Of a DNA stretch of 64,000 nt, positions 38,563 to 51,336 are shown piece by piece. Location of the stretch: positions 169,634,001 to 169,698,000 of the forward strand of contig NC_086097.1 in assembly GCF_963921235.1 (NCBI RefSeq). The letters run 5' to 3'. Source of the DNA: Mobula hypostoma (taxonomy: Eukaryota). Both the position numbers and the translations under genes were made by a program. The notes under the pieces were generated by a model. It was given only the letters and a program-made list of their open reading frames with translations. It was not told the DNA's origin and did no database searches. How positions within the stretch are numbered: position 1 is the first letter of the stretch; each line of letters begins with the position of its first letter.

Positions 38563-39272
38563 TCATAGAACATAGAACAGTACAGCACAGTACAGGCCCT
38601 TCGGCCCACAATGTTGTGCCGACCCTTAAACCCTGCCTCCCACATAACACCCCCACCTTAAATTCCTCCATATACCTGTCTAGTAGTCTCTTAAATTTCA
38701 CTAGTGTATCTGCCTCCACCACTGACTCAGGCAGTGCATTCCACGCACCAACCACTCTCTGAGTAAAAAACCTTCCTCTAATATCCCCCTTGAACTTCCC
38801 ACCCCTTACCTTAAAGCCATGTCCTCTTGTATTGAGCAGTGGTGCCCTGGGGAAGAGGTGCTGGCTATCCACTCTATCTATTCCTCTTAATATCTTGTAC
38901 TCCTCTATCATGTCTCCTCTCATCCTCCTTCTCTCCAGAGAGTAAAGCCCTAGCTCCCTTAATCTCTGATCATAATACATACTCTCTAAACCAGGCAGCA
39001 TCCTGGTAAATCTTCTCTCTACCCTTTCCTATGCTTCCACATCCTTCCGACAGTGAGGCGACCAGAACTGGACACAATACTCCAAGTGTGGCCTAACCAG
39101 AGTTTTATAGAGCTGCATCATGACTCTTAAACTCTATCCCTCGACTTATGAAAGCTAACACTCCATAAACTTTCTTAACTACCCTATCTACCTGTGAGGC
39201 AACTTTCAGGGATCTATGGACATGTACCCCCAGATCCTTCTGCTTCTCCACACTTCCAAGTATCCTGCCATT
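38563..39272 (-). mobile_element. CR1 LINE 3' fragment (fairly young)
   Basis: ORF 38549-39001 LGLYSLERRRMRGD...TRGHGFKV...FFTQRVV; tail (TTCTATG)n. Confidence 0.9.
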
Positions 39273-40405
39273 CTATGTCTTGTAGCTTCCCATCTTATGC
39301 TGATATGATTGACAGTCTAACCTGGGAAATTATAATTTGAACCTGATCCTCTTTTTGTAACTTTACAGATTAATGCAAGTAATACCTAATTTCTTTTTTA
39401 GAATCCATCTTTCCGATCAAGTGCAGGTTTATTTTTTTGCTTGGGAAAGTGAGGTATTCTATAACATCAAAAGAGTATTTTTAATTTCCACTGTTTAATG
39501 CATGGAAAATGGAAACACTGTTTACTATGCTGGCTTGACCATTTTTATTTCATTGAAATGCAGCTTTTGAAGAAATAGTGCTATAGACCTTTTGTGTTTA
39601 CTGTGCTGTTACTTGTATATTCAATCAATGTCAACTTTCCTCATTTAGGAATTAATGAGGTTTAAAATTAAAACTTAGAGTAAGGGAGGCTACTGACTGA
39701 TGGAAATCAATTTTCACAAGTTTTTAGAAAAAGTATGTTTGCAAGTGAATTTTAAATTCTTCCCTCAAACCACTAGAATTATGTTTGTTATTGTTCTATC
39801 AATAAATGAAACTGTTCTGGAATGACTAATCATATCTACATGAAGAAGACCTGATAACTGTTTTAAAAGATTTTGTGGGGGAATATGCTTCTAAAGGATT
39901 AATCAATTTATCAATTATATGATTTGTCATTGAAATACAGCTTTGCTGCATTAGAACTTGCTTTGTACCTGTTTTTTATGTTTCTTTCCTATCAGATGTT
40001 GTATCATCTTTGGGTTTCCTGGAACTCCACAGATATTGCTCTGAGTTGGTAACTAGGAAATGTATGATTAGCCTTGGGTATTAAGACTTTGGTATGCACC
40101 ACATTGCAGTTGCAGAGTAGCAGGTTGCCTTTTCAGTGTTCCAACTTGACCATGATCAGGGAGTTGGTCATAAAATTGTTGCAACAAAGGAAGCTCATTG
40201 AGTCCTTTTGTGGAGCAATCAAATTGGTACCAGTCACATGCTTTTTATAGAACTGCAAATGAATGTCTCTTGTGCTTATCATGGGTGTCTGTGTCACTGT
40301 AAGTCTGCGGCTGTATATTGTACCCTTTGTGTATTAAAAAACTGCATTCAACTTTTTTCTTAAACTCTATATGTGATCACTATCACTTTCTTGTTTGCTT
40401 TCCAG

Positions 40406-40601
40406 TAATATTCGTAAGCGACATCGTGAGGATAGGATAGCGGGTACAGCGCAGAAAGTACAGCGAATGAAACAGAAGCTTAATGAAACTGAGGTGAAAC
40501 GAAAAAGGTGGTTATATTGGAAACCTATTCTCATTAACATTGCTGCAGTTACTACTCTTGCAATTGGAGCTATTGTTTGCTGCTCTATGTATTTTCAGTG
40601 A
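40406..40601 (+). CDS. PTPN2: PTPN2 last coding exon of the TC48-type (ER-anchored) isoform: basic clusters plus hydrophobic tail
   Basis: TTTCCAG acceptor; NIRKRHREDRIAGTAQKVQRMKQKLNETEVKRKRWLYWKPILINIAAVTTLAIGAIVCCSMYFQ*; KRKRWLYW.PIL matches the TC48 C-terminus; AATAAA at 40798-40803. Confidence 0.93.
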
Positions 40602-43600
40602 TCAATTTGTAACTTCATTTAATGGCACATGGTAGCATATTGCATCTGAGATTTCAGATGCTGAGGAATGATATCTCCCCTGCACAAGAACTTTGTTTTT
40701 CAAGATTGACAGAGAAAAATGCAGTAGGGTGGAGCTGTTTGGTTTTACTCAAAATTTGCAATATAGAATCTCAGGTTCTTGTACTGTCAGATGTTTGAAT
40801 AAACAAAACCACCAGACACAAAAATTCTGTTGTAAATAAATTATCAGATCTGTACTACAATAAACATTTGGTTAAAAGTTGTGCTTCCATTAAAAGCAGT
40901 TTTTCTCCTTTTCTTGAGATGTCCAAAAGGATGTTTATATTTTATTCTGTTTCGCCTAGTAGCCTGGGCATTATGAAAAGCACATTTATTTTGGTAGGAA
41001 GATTTAATTATCCATGTCCATAAATATTAAACCAGTAAGGAATGGAAGCCAACCTCTTTGCATGTCTTGGGTTCTACTTTACTGGTTTAGCCAACTGATG
41101 TCCTGCATTTTTAAGTTTTCCCCCCCTTTTTTTTCTTAGCAGAATTACAGCACATTTAAAACATATGTGCTTGGATTAAAAAGGTCACTTAAAAAGATAA
41201 TTATTTTAGGTTAAATATTTTTTCCATTTTGTTGTTTATTGGCCTGTATATAGAGTTCAGTTATTTTTTTGGCAGAGAGATTTGGAAGCCTTTTCAAAAT
41301 ACAGTTTTAAGCAGTCTGAGTGTTGTTATCATTGTGAATGTCTAAAATACTAGTTAATTCCTTAACCCATAGAGGTTTCCAAAAAAAAAACAGTGCCATT
41401 CTTATTTTCTATCACCAGAATTTTCATTTTCATAGTCCTATGATGTATATTTCTCAAATTTTACCTTAAAATTTTCGGTTCAATTTCTTGCATAGTTTAC
41501 CGGGATATCTTTAAGGATAAATCATGCCTTTAATACACCAAAGTACTCATTCCATGTGTACAGATTGATATATAAATGCTGGTAAGACATCCAAAGTTGC
41601 TTCTGTGGGTTAAAGAGTTGAGAAGTGTTTCTAGTTAGTGCTGGTTAATGATGTGATTATCCTGAAATGAAACGATTATTCTTGTGTTTTGGGCAGGAAG
41701 GAGTAACTTGTTGAAAATAGCATCAGATGACACTTAAAATTTGTTACAGCTTTACATTCCAGAAAGACCAGCTAAATAAAATCTGCTTTTAATTAGTATC
41801 TTATTGTATATCTTTGTTGGAGATGATGCATCATACTATAAGATAAAGATTCTTGTAAGCTATGTCAGAATCTAAAGATGTAAATTATGTCCAATCTGCA
41901 GTGTACTGTTATATTATTGAATCACTGCCACTTGATATGATTAGTGAGCTTTGTAAATAGATCATAGTGATGGAAATCAGGTATTGCATATTACAATTTA
42001 TTATTTATTAATGTGTCCTTGCATTTCAGAATACTTATGCATGCCTTCAAATGAGAAAATTCTGATCCTTGATCCAGTTTTCTCTCCAAACCTAAGGCGG
42101 GATGGGGGTGCACTAATGGTAGGGAAGAGGATCTATGCCTCAAATAATACACTGATGCTGAAAATAGCTTGGATCAAAGTTATAAGCAGGGTATATTGCA
42201 TTAAGAATATCCTGCACTGTTCTCTGCATTGAAGCCAAGTATTTTACACCTCCATTTCATGAATGTGACAGGAGATATATTATTGGGCAATACTTGATTT
42301 TCATGTATTCGGTAATCAATCATTTCTTTCTTGTTCATGACTCGGGATAAAATCTCTTTAACAGAGCTTGAGGTTAATGTACTTTATATCAGACATGTGT
42401 TTGCAAGTTTATTACTTAATCAGCCAGTGGCTAGAATTCTTAGAAACTTGCACTTGGCACTTACCCTGTTGGTTTGACCCTAGAGCTCTTATCTACAATA
42501 AAATCAAAGTTACTGGGAATAACATTAGTGATGTGTATTTGATGTGAAATGTCACAGTTCATTTCTTTAGTTAGGTATGTTCCCAGCTCTTAAAGTTTGG
42601 AAGACTTGCTTCCTTAACTTAAACTCATTCTGTTTAAAAAGAAATTAGAGCCTAGTAGTTACCGGGATGATCATGAGAAGGCCAGTATTAGCAAATTTAA
42701 ATTAAAATGTAAGCTTGGGATACAGTATTTTTAACTCTGAAGATGACTGTTGGGGAAGTTCCAGATATATATTGTAGGTTAAATAGAGCACAATTTGGGT
42801 ATGTGGCCTGAAAAGAAAATGAAATGACACAGTAGTTCAAGCTGGCCCGAAGTAAATTGGGCATATTGCCTGAATGTAATGAGGTATAGTGGAAAAACTT
42901 GCCATTAATGCTATCCATACAGATCAATTCCCTTACAACAGTGCTTTTGGGTAGTACAAGGTAAAGCAATGATGCAGAATAAAGTGTTACAGTTACAAAG
43001 TGCAGTTCAGGTAGACAAAAAGGTCCAAGGTCATAATGAGGTGAATTTTGGAGTCAATAATCCATCTTATTGTATTAGGGGACCATTCAGGAAATATCCA
43101 ACAGGAGCCTTTAAAATCTTTAAAGATATTAAGAAATGTAATTATCAGTTACCATGAAGGGGACAAATGGACATTGTTTATTAGTTGATATGTTGAATTA
43201 ATGTACTGAATTGTTAGATTGACCAACAAAAAAAGGCATAATTCACATGTTGAGGTAAGCTTTTTCCACTATAATTTACACACACATTTTCATCAAAACT
43301 GCCAGTTTATATTGTTCAACATTAATCAATTAAGATATGATCCACAATAATATGTCATACCAGTGGACAGGAGGTTTGTCAAACCTAATTTTAAAATGTA
43401 GACTTTGATTCCAGTTTGCAACAATACAAGATTGAATTCAAATCTGTATAGAACTATATTTCTTCTCATAAATCCATGTAATAAAACACCACTTGAAAAG
43501 CAAAATACTTCTCTTCAACTGCAAGTCCAACCTGAGGAAAGATGAAGAAAATTAAAACTTTTAAATCACATTTAAGTGAAGGGCGCAGCTTTTAATTTTA

Positions 43601-44645
43601 AGTATGATCATGTTCCTAATGTATTTTGGAATTATACTTACTAAATAATTTAAATTAAAAGCTTAGATTTCTTGCGCAACATTTGAATTAATTCATATCC
43701 CCTTTAGAAATCATTTTGCATACCTTGGACATGAGAACTTTAAACACCTTTGATATGGTTAATGCCAGGAATGTTCTCATGCAAAAAGTAATCCTCATCT
43801 AATGCCTAAAGCTCATCGGGGCATTGCAGGTGCGTTTAACAAACCTTTGGAAACTCTGATGGACAAGACTTTTTGGAAGGATAGGCTTCATGGGCTTTCT
43901 TATCCCTTCCTGTCTTTTGATTCAAGGGATCTTGTTCTGGCTTGTGTCAAGTCACTGTGTTGGCTTAATTAACTGACTTAGTCAATATCTGTGCTTAAAT
44001 ATATCCCCTTAATGGTGTATAAGAATGGGAACTGGCAGAAAATAGATTAATGCAAATATTCTGGATTGACTTCACTGTGAAACAAAATAACTGAATATCT
44101 TCAGGTGCACTAATTTACTGTTTCTCCCAAATATATTATTTAAGCATAATTAATAAAAGATGTACACTATTACAAAAGATGATTAAAATTATTTGAAAAT
44201 TGTAGTTTATCTCTTTTATTAAACCATTCCTTTACATCAGGCTCCTTATTTGTATTCATCTCATTGCATTGTGACCCTGTGATGAAAGGGAATGCTGATT
44301 ATGAGACTCCCGCAGTCTGACTAACTCAACTGATGGCAACATAATTGAATAAAGCACTTAGCATGAATTGGGAATAAATTCGAGCTGCTACAAATTGTGA
44401 ACCATATGCTAACAATTAATACAACTGTTCTTCCAAGCTATCTAGATGTCAAGTTACATAAGTCAGCTATTCTACTCAGAGATCATCTGAAAGAATTTGA
44501 AATCAATAACTTGTTATCCAGAGACCAGGATTTTTTTTCCCATTGGTTTCTTAACTGCAGTGCCTGTGAAGTACTTATTAATGTGTCGATAAAGTAGAAC
44601 TGTTGCATTGAGTAAATGTTTTATGTTCTGTATTGTATGTCATAG

Positions 44646-45001
44646 GCTAAAGACTGTCTGACTGCTAACTCCACACAACAGATGCCACATTCTGCACCTA
44701 TTTTTATCAACCGTGGAAAATAAGAAAAATACCGCTCAAGGATAGTGAGGTCTGCTGTGCAGGAGACCTCACATGTAACTGTTTACAGCGTAAACTACTA
44801 GATGCAGGAGACAAAACACAAACCTGACCCCACGAGACTTCTGCAGAGGGTGGACTTCATGTATTATCACATGTTTTATAATGCTTATAGTCTGCGCCTT
44901 GCAAAAAAAAAAGTTTTAAAGAAGCTTTGTACTTTAGTCATTTCACTGTGTTGTATTTTTATACCTTTTGATCTGCATTAAATGTTCTGAAAGAAAATAA
45001 A
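44646..45001 (+). other. PTPN2: Probable PTPN2 alternative terminal exon (TC45-type): short coding part 44646-44661 plus 3' UTR
   Basis: T-rich tract and CATAG acceptor; start GCTAAAGACTGTCTGACTGCTAA resembles the PRLTDT* exon of mammalian TC45; ATTAAA at 44977 and AATAAA at 44996 followed by a GT/T-rich element; matching internal donor AG|GTGGTT at 40508. Confidence 0.72.
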
Positions 45002-45214
45002 TGTGGCTGGTTTTTTTTGGAAACTTAAGGATTCATAATATGTTTTATCTCAAGCTACCTTTTAATCATTTTAATAGTAAGAGTACCTAAGTACATAAAT
45101 CAGTTTTATTTTCCTGCAGTTAGTTTCCCCTATGAAGCCAATTGTATATAGAAATTTTTAAATCATATTGGTAATTGCTTGAATTGTTATAATCTTTGTT
45201 GTCAGTGCTCCCCC

Positions 45215-45457
45215 AAAGACATTAGGTGGCATAGTAGTACTGGCGACCCGGGTTCAGTTCCTGCCGCAGCCTGTAAGGAAATTGTACATGCTCTCATGGG
45301 TTTCCTCCCACAGTCCAAAGTTGTACTGGTTGATAGGTAAATTGGTCATTCTAAATTGTTCTGTGATTAGGCTAGCACTAAATGGGGTAATTGCTGGCCA
45401 GTGTGGCTCGAAGGGCTGGAAGGGCCTATTCCATTCTGTATCTCAATAATGAATAAA
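45215..45457 (+). mobile_element. V-SINE-like tRNA-derived SINE
   Basis: B-box-like GGTTCAGTTCC, central gggtttcctcccacagtccaaag core, A-rich tail; homologous to 16790-17732. Confidence 0.7.
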
Positions 45458-45481
45458 TATTTTCTAGAGCAATAATGGGCC

Positions 45482-45543
45482 CACTATGAGAGTAAAGGGT
45501 GATTTGGATGTGTACACTATGAAAGTAAAGGGTGATTTGGATG
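45482..45543. repeat. 33-bp tandem duplication (about 2 copies)
   Basis: CACTATGA(G/A)AGTAAAGGGTGATTTGGATG repeated at 45482 and 45515. Confidence 0.85.
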
Positions 45544-46759
45544 CGATGAGAATGCTGAAAATCGACAGGCTTGGAGTTGTAGTTGGTAAGTTCCCAAATG
45601 AATCCATGAATTAGAGTCGTAAAGCAGAAAAATGGACCCTTTATTCAACTGTGATCGCCAATATTAAACCTGAAACAGAGGAGCGGGTAGCTGGTCCAAT
45701 AGCAGAAATTAAAGCAGACTACTCTATCCTAATGTGTTTTCAAGCAATTTTTCCATCACATTCTTAAATTGAGTGGAAACCATGGTGGGGAGGCTTTGTG
45801 ATTGTGAGCCATCTGTTGTAGAATACCTCATCTCTATATAGGTTCCTTGATAGAATTGGAGTTTGTAGGGTTTATAACCACTATAGTAGTCTGAATACCA
45901 TGGCAATAAACTTCATCTTTGCTGTTCCCTATTACCACCACCTCCACAGCCATGTAGTCTAGAATACAAAAAGTAATTGGGGAAACACACCAAAATTCGT
46001 GGCTACCTATTACATACAATCAAGATCCCTCCTGGTGATTATAAATGCATTATGGAAAAATACATCTCTGAACTGGTGAAGGTGCTGGAATGCTTGCAAT
46101 GATTAGTTTTGTTTGACTCATACATCAAATCATCCAGTGAAATGTCATTTTTGGAATAATGATTAACACATCCACAAGGATGGCTGGGACCATGCTTCCT
46201 GTGCCAACATAGCATGCCTACACTTTACTAACCCTAACCTGCACAGTTTGTCTTTGGAATGTAGGAGCAAACTAGAGCACCCATGTGGTCATGAGAATGG
46301 ACAAACTTCTTGGACAGCTAAATAGGAGTTGAACCTGGATTACTTGTACTCCTAATTATTAGAAGACTATTGATCAGCCTCTTGGCAATATCTTTTGATG
46401 CATTTTTGTATTTATTTCTTTTTTCCAGCATTTGCAATTCCTTGATTTTCATTTGTGGAAGGGATAAGTCCAGTACTGAATTTTCCATTTGACTCCCATT
46501 TCTAGAGTTCATTCTTTTTGTATTATTATGTGCAATCGTGAACAGTAGCCAGATCAGAAATGCTGATAGGCCAATCAGATGGTTCACTGCTGCTCAGTGA
46601 TAGTTCCAGACTTCATGCTGGAATCTGTTACCCTGAGTTCTCTTATATTACATTATATCTACCTGGATTAAGGTTTAATTGGATTTTGTACAATGCATAC
46701 TGAGTTTTGAAAGCAAGATTATTGGTGAGTCCTGTTCTTTGATGTTAAACAATCAATAT

Positions 46760-47480
46760 CACTGACTTGTCACAAAATTTGTAGTGCAAAAATTCTATAA
46801 CTTACAGTGAGATTTATATAATTAAATAGTGCAAAAAGAGTAAAAATAGTGAGGTTCATGGGTTTGTGTATTGTCTGTTCAGAAATCTGATGGCAGAGGG
46901 GAAGAAGCTGTGCTTCATTGAGTGTATCTTCAGGCTCCTGTGTCTCCTCTCTGATGGTAGTAATAAGAAGAGAACATGTCCTGCAGTCTGTAGAAATTTA
47001 TCAAGAGTCTTTGGTGACATGCCAAAACTTCCAATGAAAAATAACTTGATGTGCCTTGTTCATAATTGCATTAATATGTTAGACCCAGAATAGATCTTCA
47101 GAGATACTGATACCCAGGAACTTGAAACTGCTCATCTTTTCTGAAATCTACAATCAGTTCTTGGTTTTACTGATGGTGAGTGCAAGGTGGTTGTTGCGAC
47201 ACCACTCAACCAGCAGATCTATCTCGCAACTGTATGTTCCCTCGTCACCATCTGCTAACAACAGTTGTGTGTGCCATCAGTAAATTCATAGATAATGTTT
47301 GAGCTGTGCCTAGCCACAAAGGCATGGGTGTAGAGAAAGTAGAGCAGTGGGCTAAGCACACATCTATGAGGTGTGCTTGTGTTGATTATCAGCAAGGAGG
47401 AAGTATTTCCATTCTGCATTGAGTATGGTCTTTCAATGAGGAGGTCAAGCATTCAGTTGCAGGGGGAGGTTTTGAAGCTT
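46760..47480 (-). mobile_element. Old Rex1/Babar-type LINE fragment
   Basis: CVLSPLLYFLYTH..VARHSSNIIYEFTD motif; heavily deleted. Confidence 0.7.
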
Positions 47481-48059
47481 ATTTTGCAGAATTTGAGGTT
47501 CTGAAGCATATAAAGACCAAAAAATTAAAGGAATTTATGCAGCCTAAAAGAGCATCATGAGTGAATTTTAACCCTTTCTGAAGGTAATGAAAGAGTAAAA
47601 TGGACCTCAGTGGTCAGCTGCTAGCTGTGAAACCACAGTTCATTGAAAGAAAATATATGAACTAACCAAACTTTGTACTATTTCTTGGGTATTCATTCAA
47701 AAGCAGGAGTCCTTCCAAACAAATGAATTTAATTGACAGAATATTCAGCTGGCCTTCTCTTGCAACACTTGTAACGAAGTGCTGTTATTCTCTGTTTAAA
47801 CTGGAGAATCAACTTCAAATACTTGTGACCAGGTTGTTTACAGTTGTGTAAATGTTTTTAATACTGGTAATTCCCAAAAGTCAGTAGGCAATTTTACAGG
47901 AAGGGGGAAACAGTACAAACAAAATAAACATTTTTTTTTAAACAACCAAGTTTGTAGACTACCATTTTTTTTCTATACATCCCTGGTGCAACACGGTACA
48001 TCTTGGTATGTGACTGGTTTGGTTCACAGGCTCTGCATTAGGTCTGGGATTGGTTAGAC

Positions 48060-48760
48060 AAACAGGCAATGCGATGTTAGCTTTCATTTCAAGAGGAGTA
48101 GAGTATAAAAGCAAGGATGTAATGTTGAGACTTTATAAGGCCTCTCCGTGTATTGTGAGCAGTTTGGGCCCCTTTATCTTAAAAAGGATGTGCTGAAACT
48201 GGAGAGGGTTCAAAGGAGGTTCATGAAAATGATTCCAGGATTGAATGGCTTCTCATATAGTAATATAGAAAACCTGTGCACAATACAGGCCCTTTGGCCC
48301 ACAATGCTGTGCTGAATGTGTACAGTGTTTGATGGCTCTAGGCCTGTATTTACTAGAATACAGAAGGGGGAGGGGGGTGATCTAATTGAACCCTATTGAA
48401 TGGTGAAAGATCCTGATAGAGTGGACATGGAGAGGATGTTTCCTATGTGTGAGAGTCTAAGACCAGAGGTTATAGCCTCAGACTAGAGGGGCATTCAATT
48501 AGAATGGAGATGAGGAATTTCTTTAGCTAGAGAGTGGTGAATCTGTGGAATTGGTTGCCACAGGCAGCTGTGGAGGCCAAATCTTTATGTATATTTAAGG
48601 CACAGGTTGACAAATTCTTGATTGGTTAGGGCATGAAGGGATCTGGGGAGAAGGCAGGAGAATGGGGCTGAGGATAATTGGATCTACCATGAACAAATGG
48701 CAGACCACACTCAAAGGGCCAAATGGCCTAATTCTGCTCCTATATCGTATGGTCTTGTGG
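48060..48760 (+). mobile_element. CR1 LINE 3' fragment, decayed
   Basis: Collinear with the CR1 3' region at 12990-13640 and 35900-36535. Confidence 0.78.
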
Positions 48761-49094
48761 GAAGACAATGCAAAGATGCCAGAAATCATCTGACCCATTG
48801 CAGTAAATGATATTGGATAATTTACAGTATTACAAATTAGATAGGGCCTTAAGTAATAACTAGCACTTTGTTACTGTTGAGATTATAATGCCATCTTGTG
48901 GAAGTTTAGAAACTTCACATATTGAGGATTTTCTCGTGGGAGGTGGGATTGTACACAATGTGTATCATTGCATCTCAGCAAGCCAAACCTATTTTCATCA
49001 AGTAAGTTAGTTATTGGTAAGGATTCAACTAGCTTGACAAGAAGTGGGAATTTGACTGAGTACTAAAGAGCTGTGTGGATCAACTGCCTGGAAA

Positions 49095-49700
49095 GTTCAA
49101 AGAAAATTTATTGTCACCATAAACAACCCTGAAATTTGTTTTCTTGAGGGCATACTTAGTAAATCCAAGAAACAATAAAATCAATGAAAGACTGCATCCA
49201 ACAGAGCAGACAACCAATGTGCAAAAGACAAACTGCAAATATAAAAGAAAAAAGAAATGTTTCCTGTGGTGAGAGAGTCTAGGACAAGAGGTTCAGCCTC
49301 AGGATAGAGGGGCACCCTTTCAAAACAGAGATGCAGAGAAATTTCTTTAGCCAAAGGGTGGTGAATTTGTGGAATTTGTTGCCACATGCAGCTGTGGAGG
49401 TCAGGTCATTGGGCGTATTTAAGGCAGAGATTAATAGGTTCTTGATTGGACATTGCATCAGGGGTTACGGGGAGAAGGCAGGGAAGTGTGGTTGAGGAGG
49501 AGGAAAAAAAAAGGATCGGCCATGATTGAATGGTGGAGCAGACTCGATGGGCCAGATGGCCTAATTCTGCTCCTATGTCTTATAGTCTTAATAATAATAA
49601 TAAATAAAGCAATAAACATAGATAGCAACAGAAAGAAGAAAGCATGACCCAGGTGGTGAGAGTCTGAAGATAGATGTTGCTTTCCTGCGACAGCACTCTG
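49095..49700 (-). mobile_element. Rex1/Babar 3' UTR fragment interrupted by a + strand CR1 3' end (~49256-49590)
   Basis: Reverse-complement similarity to 51010-51250; the CR1 piece carries the TRG.SLRI/FFSQRVV region and 3' UTR. Confidence 0.65.
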
Positions 49701-49724
49701 TCTAGATGTGCTTAATGGTGGTTC

Positions 49725-51250
49725 ACGGATATCATAAACTTCACGCTTCAGCAGTCTTAAGTAACTATATGGTTCAAGTAGGCTTCAATTATACCAATGA
49801 CCAAGAAGAATGTGGTAACCTGCCACAATGATTATTGTCCAGTAGAAGTTACATCCCCTGTGATGATGTGCTTTGAGAGGCTGGTGACAAAACATGTCAT
49901 CTGCCTGAGAAGTGACTTGAATCTACTGCAGTCTGCCTACTGTCACAGCAGATGCCACTTCACTGGCTCTTCACTCAGCGCTGGAACATCTGGACAGTGA
50001 AGATGCAAACATCAGGATGCCCTTCATTGACTACAGTTCAGCATTCAATACTATTGTCCTCTAAAAACTAGTCTATAAGCTTCAAGACCTTGGCCTCAAT
50101 ACCCCCTTGTGCAACTGCATCCTTGATTTCCTCACTTGTAGACCCCAGTCAGTTCAGTTTGGCAACATCTCCTCCATAATCTCCATCAGCAGGTCTTGCG
50201 CCACAAAGCAGTGTGCTTGGCCCCCGCTTTACTCGCTTTATACTTATGACTGTGAGGCTAAGCACAGCTCCAATAACATGTTTAGGTTTGCTGATGACAC
50301 CACTGTTGTTAGCCAAATCAAAGGTGGTGATGAAGCAGCATATAGTGGGTAGAATGAAAATCTGGCTGAGCGGCGCCACAACAACCACCTCTCACTCAAT
50401 GTCAGCAAGGCCCAGGAACTAATTATTGGCTTCAGAAGGAGGAAACCGGAAGTCCAGAAGCCATCCTTATCACGGTCTCAGAAGTGGAGAGGGTCAGCAG
50501 TTCTAAATTTCTTGGTGTCATCGTTTCAGAGGATCTGCCTTGGGTTCAGCTTGTAAGTGCCATAATGAAGGAAGCACAGCAGAACCTCTACTTTCTAGAA
50601 GTTTGCGAAGTTTCAGCATGTTATCTAAAACTTTGACAAATTTCTATAGATGTGTGGTGGAGAGTATATTGACTGGTTACATCATGGCCTGGTATAGAAA
50701 TACCAGTGCCCTTGAGCAGAAGAGTCTACAAGAAGTAGTGGATACGGCCCAGTCCATCACAGGTAAAGCTCTCCCCACCATCGAGCACATCTACATGGAG
50801 CGCTGTCACAGGAAAGCAGCATCCATCATTAATAACTACCACCATGCTCTCTTCTCACTGCTGCCATCAGGCGGAAAGTACAGGAGCCTCAGGACCTACA
50901 TCACCAGGTTCAGGAACAGTTATTACCTCTCAACCAGTGGGGATAACTTCACTCAACTGTACTCACCCCATCACTGAACTTCTCCCACAACCTATGGATG
51001 CACTTTCAAGGACTCTTCATCTCATGTTCTCCATATTTATTGCTTGTTTATTTTTGTTTTCTTTTGCCCTTTGTATTTGCACAGTGTATTTTTTTTTACA
51101 AATTGGTTGTTTGTTCTTTTGGGTACAATCTTCCATTGATTCTATTGTGTTTCTTGCATTTACTATGATTGCCCACAAGAAAATGAATCTCAGTTGTACA
51201 TGGTGACATATATGTACTTTGGTAATAAATTTACTTTTAACTTTGAATTT
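49725..51250 (+). mobile_element. Rex1/Babar-type LINE, 5'-truncated, decayed
   Basis: [25 protein letters not shown]; same family as 4385-5845; tail AATAAATTTACTTTTAACTTTGAA. Confidence 0.85.
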
Positions 51251-51336
51251 CAAGATGGAGAGGCAATGCTGGAGATTTTGCAGATACATATAAAATATTG
51301 GAGGAACTCAGTAGGTCAGGGAAAATAAAAAGTCAG

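Noticed and set aside
12299..40601. Assignment of the phosphatase as PTPN1 (PTP1B)
   Set aside because: [22 protein letters not shown], the KRKRWLYW tail and the TC45-like exon favour PTPN2; not confirmed by phylogeny.
44646..44661. LKTV* as a class I PDZ-binding motif
   Set aside because: The -2 residue is Lys, not Ser or Thr.
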